Source: Macrostomum hystrix
Lineage: Eukaryota; Animalia; Platyhelminthes
Direction of reading: 5' to 3'
Length of the DNA: 64,000 nt
Assembly (NCBI GenBank): GCA_950097015.1
Contig: CATNEN010000039.1
Span: 7,874,001 to 7,938,000, forward strand
Both the position numbers and the translations under genes were made by a program. The notes under the pieces were generated by a model. The model was not told the origin of the DNA and did not search any database. It saw only the letters and a program-made list of their open reading frames with translations. Of the stretch, positions 1 through 10,178 are shown in pieces. Each line of letters opens with the position of its first letter. The first letter of the stretch is position 1.

Positions 1-2168
1 GGAAGGTTTTATGTTCTCTGGTAGCCAATCGGTTCTTTCAATAGTTTGTTTGGCTCCCTGTATGAGAGCTGCCACCTCATTTTGCTGTTAATATTTATTA
101 GAGGTATCTTAATTGCCAGAGCAAAATTTTCTTTATGGATTAAAAAAGTTGAATCTCTCCGAGTTTCTAATGTGCTGATTGGCTAATATTTGCTAAAGTA
201 AGCCTATTGCGTGTTTAAAATAAGCAAATTAAGAGTAAGGTTTTTGTTCTCTGTATTTCATGATTTTAATCGTTGATATATGGGCACAACAGAGTTTGGA
301 TGAAGTGTGTGTGGTTAAAGAGTAGTATACAATCGTAGCTAACAGCTTCAATGTCTTGAGTGTGGTGTGAGATTAGGGTTCTTTCGTTACTTTCTCTAAT
401 CCTAATCTCTACGTTCAGATACAAATATATGGATACGAAGTTCAACATACTGCTTCTTAACCAAACTTGTTAGAAAGTTGGTAAACGTAATAGTTGTCGA
501 GGCGGATTGTGGGAATCGAATCGTAAATATTCTCTAATATTGATAATCCATTATGTTTACATGATTCCTTCTCTTTTTAAGTTGCACAGTTAAAACCCCA
601 GCTCTATTACTCCCTCTCACTTTTTAATGATAGCGGACGCAAACTATATAGCGACACAAAAGCTACAAGCGACTACCTAAAGTAACCTTTTGACTTGTTG
701 TATAGTTTTGTACGACCTTAAATTATAATTAATGGTTTCTCTCATTTAATGTTTTTGCTTCGTGTTGATGTGGCCAGCAAACTTTTTCGATTTGGCTGTG
801 CGTGTTCCAAGCAATAAAACAACTTTTCATTCGCGACTACACGCCAAGATTGGCAGAAATAGATTTCTTACTTTAATTTCTTGCTCTTTTGCCTTTACCT
901 AATTTAAACTATTTAAAGTCATTGTTGTACCAATATTGTCTGTTACTATCTTACATATGTTTGAAGTAGCATTTTAACTTGCGATTAGCTTCTTCTATCA
1001 TGCGATCTTGTGAAATGTAAATTCTGCAAATATATAGATAGCCATTCGCACCATTTGTCGATTGGCTGTTGACGACTTAGTCTATTATTTTATATTGTTT
1101 TGTTGCCATTTTTTAATTGGGTGTTACATCTTCGTCGGTAAACGGTTTACCCTTGAAAACGCTTAACTGACTGGAATAACCTGTACCTTTAGCCGTTCAA
1201 TCTGCCAGCAGATGGAGGCGCAGGTCCAGCCTGCAATACGCTGTCCGGTTTCAAATATTTTTTGGTCTAAAGGAATATTTCAACTTTGTTTATTCATTCG
1301 GTACTGCATTATTATTATATTAACGTTTAACAACTTATAAATAATATGGCATTGACAGTATAAAAATGAGTTAGTATAATTGTATATAATATTTATCTAT
1401 AAATTATATATGCCCAATTATGTCAGAATATATCCCACTTAAAAGCAGTAGCTCAGATTTTTCAAGCTTGTCTTCTGAGTAATAATTTTGACAACAGTAA
1501 ACCAAGCAAAACGTGCTTAATTTCTTATCCAGTAAAATTAGTTATTTTACTGTACTACTTCAGTTTCGAAACTTTAATTTTAAATATTTCTGAGTAAATA
1601 ATATTTTTTCAGAGCCACTTAAAGTTTTTTGTATGTGTCAGCTTTGATTAAAACCGGATAAAACTTACAATACCATCTTGTCAGAGAGCAATCTAGTGAA
1701 ATAGCCATTGTCAGCATGAACCTGTGATTCCATGAATTCACCGACACTCTTAGAAATGTAACCAATTCTAAGAATATTAACTTAATTGTAAGCTTTTTCA
1801 TTAAAAATCATAGTGAAAAAACATTATAAGTAAACATATTTATACTTCTTATTTAACGCTATTAAATATGTAAATCTGCTATCAACATCAAACAAAAATT
1901 ATGCACTTGTTTTACAACACAATGTTCTTTAACCTTACTTTTCTTCAGATTAGCTAAGAAAAAAATTGTTTTACTTAAGCATAAAAGCCAGAATATGAAC
2001 TTGGCTTTCAAGAATGCTATAAGCATTAATTTATTTACCGGCATACCTTTTTTATCAAAGCTTCTGACTATAAATAATTATGCACATGAGGAGTTATTGT
2101 TAAATTCATGAAAATTTGGCTATCTTTTGTCATCTACAGGGTCAGTTTTTGCAAATTTTCTAGGCGTA

Positions 2169-4003
2169 ATGTCTGACAGCGTCCAGGTACTACAGAACGA
2201 CTCTGTTGTCAGGCGCATCCATGGCAACCTGTCTGGCGCTGGTCGGGTCCGCAAAGGTTACTCGGCAGTGAAGCCGAACTCCTCCATCCCCAGCAAGTAT
2301 CAGACTGTGGTGATTGAAACATCGGACAATAAAGGCTTCATGTCCACCGCCAAGCGCTTTAATTACGACTTGTCCAGTCACGTGACCCCGGCGCCTAATT
2401 ATTACGCTCTGAGCGCCAACAGCGCCGTTTCCACGGACTCGCCGTCGTACGGAAAACGCGGCACCGGCGGACTGGCCAGTCGAAGCGTCAGACGAACCGA
2501 CGGCGGCGCTGCCGGCAGCTCCGTCGGCCCCGGACCGGCTGGCTACAACATCGGCGACACTGGCGGCGTTGGCAGCCGTCCGGATTTCAACCGGGCGAGC
2601 GCCACCAGCAGTTTCCATCCTCCGATCGCGGTGCCCAGACCGCCCGGCGCCAACGGACCGAACGACATTCCGGCGCCGAATCGATACAACACGCTGAACG
2701 CTTTGGCCCGACTTCGGGAGAATCGCAGCCGCGATTTGGCTAGCGTATTCAAGCAAGTGCACTTTTCCATTAATTTTTACTCATAGTAGGCTGGTGAAAC
2801 AAAAAAGATTTCTTAATGCGGTTTACGCCTAAGTTTGAATTCATATTATAACACAAAGGAAGGCAGATCTGGCTATTTTAAACAAAGTCTTTTCCTTAAG
2901 CAAACCCTCGTTTATAAGCTAAAACTCCTAGAATCGGCAAGGAGTGCTCAAGTCAAATACGCACAAAGTTCCCTGAGCTCGATTCCGCGGCGAGGCCACG
3001 AAGAGAAAGCTTGGGGCTTGTCGTGCAATTTGCGCCCTCGAGGGCCAACCTCCAAGACACAGGAGAATGTACACTGCCTGACGATGAGAAAGTCAGGGCA
3101 AGTACACACCTGTGTGAGTGTATGCTCAGGAGTCAGCGGAATGGGCCTGTTATTATAGAATAACCCAGTAACGAACGATATAGATTGCTTGAATTCAAGG
3201 ATTGCGTAAATACTGATGGTCTATTTGTATTTAGAAAAAGGAACTAAGACCGGATCGAATATATTGTTTGATTATTTGCATGTCCTACTTAGTTTTCTAA
3301 TAGCGGCAATAAAGGGAAGATTTGCATGAAACATATTACGACGTATATACTCGTATAATTTGGTGATGCCGTCCTTTATACGCTACTTTAAGTATCTGAT
3401 TAGATAGAGAGCAAACTGACAGATGTCAAATTATAATTGTATATAGTCGAGTAATATAAAAGTTGAGCAGCAGTTTCTGAATCTGGACCAACCTGCAGAT
3501 CCTCAACCGGTCGGGATCCAGTCGGCCACAGCGAAGCGGCCCGGCGTCCTGGTCCCGGCACCTACGACGTGGCCCGAGCCGATCGCCTGATTGGCGAAGC
3601 GTCGCGCGCGCCAGTCTCCTGCTTCCGACCGTCCGGGCCGCGCCGGCCTGGCCCGAAGCCGACGGACAATCCGGGCCCAGGTGCATACGATCACGAGCCG
3701 CCGTCGCAGCAGGCGAAGCGGGGCGGCTACCAGTTCCCCATGCAGCACTACCTGTGCCTGTCCGCCCCGGCTCTGCCGCTGCCGCCGCCGGCGCCGCTTC
3801 CCGGACCCGGCCAGTACGAGCTGGCACCCAGGCCAGTCTCCAAGCACTACATGAGCAGCTCCATGTTCCTTAGCAACACGTCCCGATGGGCCGGTCGAGC
3901 CGCCGGCGACGCATCGTCGATTCCAGGTCCGGCGCACTACCAGCCTGACCTGCCCGGCAGGCAGAACTTCTCCTACAACGCTGATGGCCATTGGGCTGTC
4001 TGA
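2169..4003 (+). CDS. STPG1: Sperm-tail PG-rich repeat protein 1 (STPG1/MAPO2)-like, 2 exons
   Basis: Exons 2169-2752 and 3499-4003. SHIPPO/PGP repeats (TPAPNYY, PGPAGYN, PAPNRYN, PGPGTYD, PGPGAYD, PGPGQYE, PGPAHY). SSIPSK..KGFMSTAKRF, PLPPPAPLPGPGQYE, SSMFLSNTSRW and the C-terminal PG.Q.F.YN.D..W match recalled STPG1 motifs. Only a phase-2 GC donor at 2753 joins the exons in frame. Confidence 0.9.
2968..3148 (+). mobile_element. SINE family A copy (tRNA-like head remnant + body), in the STPG1 intron
   Basis: CCCTGAGCTCGATTCCGCGGCGAGGCC (B-box-like) recurs at 26566-26592. The body recurs inverted at 4190-4378 and 25158-25425. Confidence 0.7.
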
Positions 4004-4189
4004 AGCGAAAACACTGTTAAAATCAGCTACCAACCCCCCGTTACATCTGCATCATGACTGTAGGTAGGACGATCCCTGCCAGTGCTTTCCCACACATCTT
4101 TTCCTATCCCTCTCCCTTTTCACCACTCCATATTATAATAATAATTTCAGGAGGGCTGCAGGCAATGGCGCATCATTTGGTGGCACTAG

Positions 4190-4378
4190 ACCCGCAGCCA
4201 GCGACGATGCAATTCTGCCAATTTCGCTGACCCCTGAGCACTCACGCACACAGACACCGTACGCAGGCACACGCACACAGGTGTGTACATCTGCCCTGAC
4301 TTTCTCATCGTCAGGCAGTGTACACTTTCACTGCGCCTTGGAGGTTGGCCCTTAAAGGCGTAAATTGCACGACAAGCA
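4190..4378 (-). mobile_element. SINE family A copy
   Basis: Reverse complement of the 3015-3146 body (GCTTGTCGTGCAATT..GGCCAACCTCCAAG..TGCCTGACGATGAGAAAGTCAGGGCA..TGCTCAGG). Confidence 0.7.
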
Positions 4379-4745
4379 CGCAGTGCCTACCCTTGTTACA
4401 CACCTCCCCGCTTCATTGATTAAATTTCAAGTTTGCACTATTTTAGTTGTTACATTTATATATTATTTTTAACACTTATTTACCTTGTATCGAAGTGATC
4501 GACATCTACTTTGTTTGTCATATTTACGAGACCTACTAAATATATACCGTGATTTTTATGAACACAATTTTTTTTTTGCAGATTTTTGCAGATCGTTGAA
4601 TAAAACGTTTTTCTGAAAATGTGTAAAATATTATTATTATTATTATTATTATTATTCATTAAAAAATGTAATACTGGCATTTAAAGAGATATAATATTTA
4701 TCTATTGTAAGATAATTCTCAGGTTGGGAATATATCCAGCAGTTA

Positions 4746-5425
4746 TAATCCTCAGGTGTAAATGTATTAGGGACAATCCTCAGGTGTATTAGGGACAATC
4801 CTCAGGTGTAAATGTATTAAGGACAATCCTCAGGTGTAAATGTATTAGGGACAATCATCAGGTGTAAATGTATTAAGGACAATCCTCAGGTGTAAATGTA
4901 TTAAGGACAATCCTCAGGTGTAAATGTATTAGGGACAATCATCAGGTGTAAATGTATTAGGGACAATCCTTAGGTGTAAATGTATTAAGGACAATCCTCA
5001 GGTGTAAATGTATTAGGGACAATCCTTAGGTGTAAATGTATTAAGGACAATCCTCAGGTGTAAATGTATTAGGGACAATCCTTAGGTGTAAATGTATTAG
5101 GGACAATCATCAGGTGTAAATGTATTAAGGACAATCCTCAGGTGTAAATGTATTAGGGACAATCCTTAGGTGTAAATGTATTAAGGACAATCCTCAGGTG
5201 TAAATGTATTAGGGACAATCATCAGGTGTAAATGTATTAGGGACAATCCTTAGGTGTAAATGTATTAGGGACAATCATCAGGTGTAAATGTATTAAGGAC
5301 AATCCTCAGGTGTAAATGTATTAAGGACAATCCTCAGGTGTAAATGTATTAGGGACAATCCTTAGGTGTAAATGTATTAAGGACAATCCTCAGGTGTAAA
5401 TGTACTAAGGGATAATCCTCAGGTG
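4746..5425. repeat. 28-bp minisatellite (GGACAATCCTCAGGTGTAAATGTATTAR), ~24 copies
   Basis: Direct periodicity of 28 nt. Confidence 0.95.
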
Positions 5426-5429
5426 CTAG

Positions 5430-5560
5430 CTCCAGCTGATTCTGTTATATATTTTACAGCTGGGTGAATGGAGCGATGGAGAATTAAGCGCCGTGCGCAA
5501 TGTCTCAAATTGTTTCTACTGGGCAGAGATTGAAACTCCCGACCTCAAATAATGAGTCTG
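5430..5560 (-). mobile_element. Degenerate SINE family B copy
   Basis: TTTACAGCTGGGTGAA core and CCCGACCT..GAGTCTG head match family B (49653-49930) in reverse. Confidence 0.5.
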
Positions 5561-5684
5561 CAGGTTCACCATGGTGATGTTACAACAAGTTGAAAGTTAT
5601 TTAATCAGTTAGTAGTTTGAGGTCTAACGCTAATTTAAATATTACGTGCGATAATTTGGGATCTATGAGCTATATGGGTTTGGT

Positions 5685-5711
5685 TTAGAGTTAGGGTTAG
5701 GGTTAGGGTTA
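5685..5711 (+). repeat. Short interstitial telomere-like tract, TTAGAG(TTAGGG)3TTA
   Basis: Read directly from the sequence. Confidence 0.7.
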
Positions 5712-6718
5712 ATTCTAAGACTTCTAACATTTAGAAAGTACATAAATGATAATGCTTATTTGGATAGTGCGATGAAAAGCAGTGCTAGCACACCCCAATT
5801 TATACATTCACATTTTTAGAATGCGCCAGGCCCGATGCTTGAATTCAATGTTTAGATACTAGATGAATCGTGACTTAGCTAGGCCCGCGTCTGATTTAGA
5901 GAGTCCGTTGTATCCATGCATTCTACATTTTTCTTGAACGTTTCTGGGACCCTGACTAACACAATGGCACTAACAATTCAGTGATGCAAACTAGGATTGG
6001 TATAGAAATACAATAAATAGATTGCTTATCTATTTATTAATAATAAGCTCCTCTTGTGTGATAGGGGATAATGCTAGCCCGCAACATCGATTCTAATGAC
6101 TTGCCCATGTCTATAACCATGATCGATATACCTTGATCTGATGATAGCTGTACCGTTGGAGTTAATGGTTGAGCGGTAACGCTTACGACTCTCGTATCCA
6201 AGTCCCTGATCTCAAGAGCAATAAAACAAACGAACCTAAATAGCGAATTTCCACACAAACGTCGTTGGATTTCGACTCAGACATTCGCAGAGCTGGCGTT
6301 GGAAGTCCCATTGGCGCAAGACACTCGCAAAAGTGAATTGACGCAATTTTTTCTTGTCAGAAGCCTTCTTCGCCAATAGCGCCAATATGTCGGCGTTCAT
6401 CGGAGGTCAGATGTCATCGAGACCGAAGGCTCTTCTGTAGCAAGACGGCTACTAAACTTTTTTTTCAACAGAGAGAAAAGTTTATATATATTTCACTTTG
6501 ACGACACCGACCAATGCTTCAGTACGTTTTAGTGAAGCCTACAGTGTAGTAGTAAAAAAACTGGCTGGAAAATACGAGTACAAAGGAGAATTTTTTTTCT
6601 GCTAAAATAAGTCACTTGGCCATGCACAATGATACGTTTTCACATGTCACGATAAGTTGCAGCCCATCAAGAGTTGAATAAACTTTATATACTCTCATCT
6701 ATAGCAATAGATTCGACC

Positions 6719-7768
6719 TCAGCATGCAAAGTCGAGAGCCTGAAACTCTTTAAGTGACAGAGCTGATGAGGCAAAGGCAAAACAGACGATGGTGCCTCTG
6801 AGGCAAGTCGAGTCTCCATTTCCTGACATTCCCAGACGGATCTCCCTGAAGACAATGTCGGTGCGGAGCTGGTAGTTGGAGTTGTACGGACTCACAGGGT
6901 AGACGTTGCCGTTGAAGAACACACTGAAAGCTGCAGATGAGTTGCTGTAGCTCCAGCCGACAGTCAGTTTCTGCTGCGGACTCACGGGCAATGAGCTCTC
7001 GTAGGCCACGGTCTGAGTGAACAGGTTGGCGAACCGGATGGAGCTGCCGTAGAAGTACGCAAACGCGCTAAACAAGGTCGTGACATTGTCTGACGAAACC
7101 ACACGCAGCAGGTGCGTCTGGCCTCTTGGCGGAACACTCGGCATGCCTCGAATGATGAAGAAGACGGAGAACTCTCTGCTGGGAGAGGCGAAAGCCTGAA
7201 AGCCCGGCGCCTCCAGACCGATGCTCACGAAGGAGTCGAGAGAGCCGGGCAGCGAGGCGCCCGAAGAGTTGCGGACGGCGTTTCCGGCGAAGCGAGCCGG
7301 AGCGGAGAGCGGCGAGCCTCGACCGACGTAGCCGAGGTTTCGGTCGGAGACGCGGAAGTCAAAGAAGGCGGCCAGTCGTGAGCCGAGCTGCCAGCCAGTC
7401 GATCCGGAGTCGTCGCGCCTCAGCAGCGTCGCCACGCAGTCGCCGCGGGCCGCCGTGTCGGTCGCCTCGGCCTCTGAGGCGGGTCTCAGCAGCTCGGAGG
7501 ACATTTCACAGAGTCTTGCGACGAAGCGAAACTGGAGGACAGCGCAGACGGTCGGTCGCAGAGCGCAGGCCAGCGCACAGGAGTGCAGGTCGTTGATACC
7601 CTTCAGGAGCAGCGCATCTCGCAGACGCACCTGTCTCTGTGTTTCAGCGTCCGGCACGCAGTTGTCGCTGTGCAGGGGCTGCAGCGAGTGACCTGACTTG
7701 CAGCTGTCCATGCCCACGGACAATGCTGCAGCCGGCAGCAGAAACAGAAGTGCTACTGCTAGATGCAT
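6719..7768 (-). CDS. Intronless secreted protein, PAN/Apple-like domain + LamG/ConA-lectin-like domain
   Basis: 349-aa ORF with coding-like composition. Signal peptide MHLAVALLFLLPAAALS. CxxxC...C...C pattern (SCALACALRPTVCAVLQF..CEMS) is typical of PAN. AAFFDF...SLPGSLDSFVSI...FNG...LG...RGTIVCF...AL..EF resembles LamG_3. Confidence 0.75.
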   Translation of the reverse strand: MHLAVALLFLLPAAALSVGMDSCKSGHSLQPLHSDNCVPDAETQRQVRLRDALLLKGINDLHSCALACALRPTVCAVLQFRFVARLCEMSSELLRPASEAEATDTAARGDCVATLLRRDDSGSTGWQLGSRLAAFFDFRVSDRNLGYVGRGSPLSAPARFAGNAVRNSSGASLPGSLDSFVSIGLEAPGFQAFASPSREFSVFFIIRGMPSVPPRGQTHLLRVVSSDNVTTLFSAFAYFYGSSIRFANLFTQTVAYESSLPVSPQQKLTVGWSYSNSSAAFSVFFNGNVYPVSPYNSNYQLRTDIVFREIRLGMSGNGDSTCLRGTIVCFAFASSALSLKEFQALDFAC

Positions 7769-8000
7769 TGAATGATTTGCTTAGTGCTTTGTAATACCGT
7801 CAGCTCAGTTAAAAAATCTGCCAATCAGGCAGCAGCCGGTTTCGCGAGACAAGCTTTTGCAGTCGCGATAGATCGTGGCTTTTTATTTCTAGTGCAAGCC
7901 GTTGTCTGTCTTTTGTCTGCCATCCTGTGATTAATGAGTAAATAAACAGCGGCCCCAGTGCGTGACAACGCTTGTTTTGCGAGCGCCGGTAGGCTGTTTC

Positions 8001-10006
8001 TTTTCATTGTATCGCTATTGGACGATCAAATCGTATGAACTGTCTGTGGCATAGAAAAGTGAGACGCTCGTAGCAGGGGGTGTGAAGAAAACTTTAAGAA
8101 AACTTTGATGTCTATGGTAGAGTGTATTCATACCCTTCTCTCTAGCCTATTTGACGATATTAGCATTGAGGATTATTACTATAGACAAAACTTGCATTGC
8201 AACGCACTGTAAATTTTATATTCTGTTTTGTACTAAGGACGAAAGTTGATTGAGGCAAGCAGGGGAGAAGAGCACATGCTTAGACTAGAGAGAAATATAT
8301 TAACAAACCTGGAAGCCTTGACATGGATGCTAGAAGTGTCCATCTTCTAAATTTTAATAATCTTCCTGTCGATAGCTTAAATGCTTTGTCCCAGTCCGAG
8401 TTGGATCTCGTGGCCGAACTGTCGCGCAACGACTGCCGTCGTGACGAGCTAGTGACCCAGTTCTTGTTGTTTGTGAGAACTCCATCGGCGACAAAGCGAA
8501 CTCATCCGATCTGCCTGCTGATATTCGTGAACAACTTACCAGCATCGATGAAGCTGAGATGGAAAGTCTACCTCAAAGCAGTCGGAAACAGATGGAGGAT
8601 CATGGGCGCAAGTTTGTCGAATTTCTGGAGGGTCGCGGTCTGAACTCCGATTTGGCGAAAGTGAATGACAACACCCTGAATCAGTATCTACAATTATTCT
8701 ACTTCCAGTTGAACACAAAGGGCGGTGAGAGCTATTCACCATCGTCGTTAGTCTGCATCCGAGCCGCTATCCAGCGATATTTTGATATCATTGTGAAGAT
8801 ACAGACAAATCTGGTTGCTACTGGGACCGTGTTTGATGGCTCATACAGGATGCTCGTATTCAAGGTCCGTGAATTTATCAAGTCTGGCAAGACAGTTCAA
8901 AGCTACGATCCAATCGAGGAGGGAGACATAGTTAAATTGCGCGACTACTTTGATCGTAGTGACGGAGAACGACTCCAAGATAAATTGCTATTCAATCTCA
9001 TGTATCAGCTTGGAGAGCGTGGACGGGAGCACATGAAGACGTTTCTCAATCGGAACTTTCTGGTGCAAGGTGTCGACTCGGATGGACGGCAGTATGCCTG
9101 TTTGCCGACGCTACCATCGAAGAATCGATTAGCAACACTGGACGCTGGTCAGGTCGTAGATTTGAAGCACGCTAGAATATATGATCTTGAGCTGCTAGAA
9201 CTGTACGAGTCGGTGATTCCGGATTCCGGCGACCACTTTCTACCTTGTCCTATGAAGAGCACCTTTGGGAAGAAGTTTATCTTCTCTGATAAGGCATGCC
9301 GTGGTCTGCGTTATTTACAAGAGTTCATGAAGAACCTATCCGAGAAGGCTAAGCTAAGCAAGGCTTATACCAACCACTGCATTAGGTGAGTATATATTTG
9401 TGTTACGAAGTAAAAGTAAAAGCATAATTGTTTGTTCACCTTTCTGAACAAGATACTATTGCATTTTTAAAGTCACGCGCATTTGCGACTTGGAAAGCGA
9501 AGGGCATGCTGTCCACGACATCATGCTTGTGACGGGTCACAAGTCGGAGGCAACCGTTCGGCGATATCTGCATAAGAGGCGTGATCGCAGTTTGTACAAG
9601 TCCTCTGTGAATGTGCATACCGCCATGAAGAAGTCTTTGGATTGTATAGATCGTACTGAGGCTGCGCCATCCATTAGTGGAGATGAGGAGTTTCATCGGG
9701 TCCAAGGCCAACCAGAGAAAAAAATGCGAATCCAAGTGAACGGCAGTTCGAACATCATTGATTTCTTTTTTGAATAGCTTTAATGACTGCATTGACTGAA
9801 AGTTAACTTTTGTTGGTGTTCATTTGAGGCATTCATCACATAGGTTTCGTCTATTTTCGTTCTTGTTACTTCTTTCGAATAAATTGAACCAGGGCCCTGA
9901 ATTGAACATTCGTCTAGGTTCAATGCCGAATGGCAAACAAACAATGAATTGTAACGCATAAAAACTATAAACAATGATCGTCAAATAGCGATTCAATGAT
10001 TTTTCA
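8001..10006 (+). mobile_element. Crypton-type tyrosine recombinase DNA transposon, apparently full length
   Basis: Inverted repeats 8004-8028 and 9975-9999 match at 23/25. TTTTCA direct repeat at 8001-8006 and 10001-10006. Encloses an intron-containing YR/DUF3504-like gene. Confidence 0.85.
8559..9777 (+). CDS. Crypton tyrosine recombinase (DUF3504/KCTD1-ZMYM-QRICH1-related), 2 exons
   Basis: YSPSSL..IRAAIQRYF; catalytic R (GERGRE), HxxR (YTNHCIR), H (VTGHKS) and Y (VRRY). Donor AG|GTGAGT at 9386. In-frame acceptor at 9452; the ancestral-looking site at 9470 reads AA. A possible N-terminal extension from ATG 8323 needs a frameshift near 8445. Confidence 0.8.
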
Positions 10007-10178
10007 CTTTATGGCTGCTATTGTTCGCAAACGCAGCTAATTGAGCTGAGAGATATTTTCAGAAGCTGGGTTTTATGGTTAATCCCACACTCGTACATTT
10101 CAAGCTTTCCACAGTAAATAGTGAATTTCGGTGCTTGAAAAAACCAACGCAAAAACTCTAATTGCTAGATGCGAGATT

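Noticed and set aside
1-450. Possible decayed LINE AP-endonuclease on the minus strand (YLNVE..DCILLFNHTH..EVAALI)
   Set aside because: Only a faint motif resemblance with many disruptions; needs an HMM search.
1203-1222. CTCF-like motif CCAGCAGATGG
   Set aside because: Single imperfect match with no supporting context.
2190-2762. 190-aa antisense ORF, and similar shadows over ARF, FERM and cadherin exons
   Set aside because: Opposite-strand shadows of GC-rich real exons.
3077-3100. Hammerhead-like CTGACGA...GAAA in the SINE-A body
   Set aside because: Only 3 nt between the core motifs, no stem II or III, and CTGAC pairs with the downstream GTCAG as a simple hairpin.
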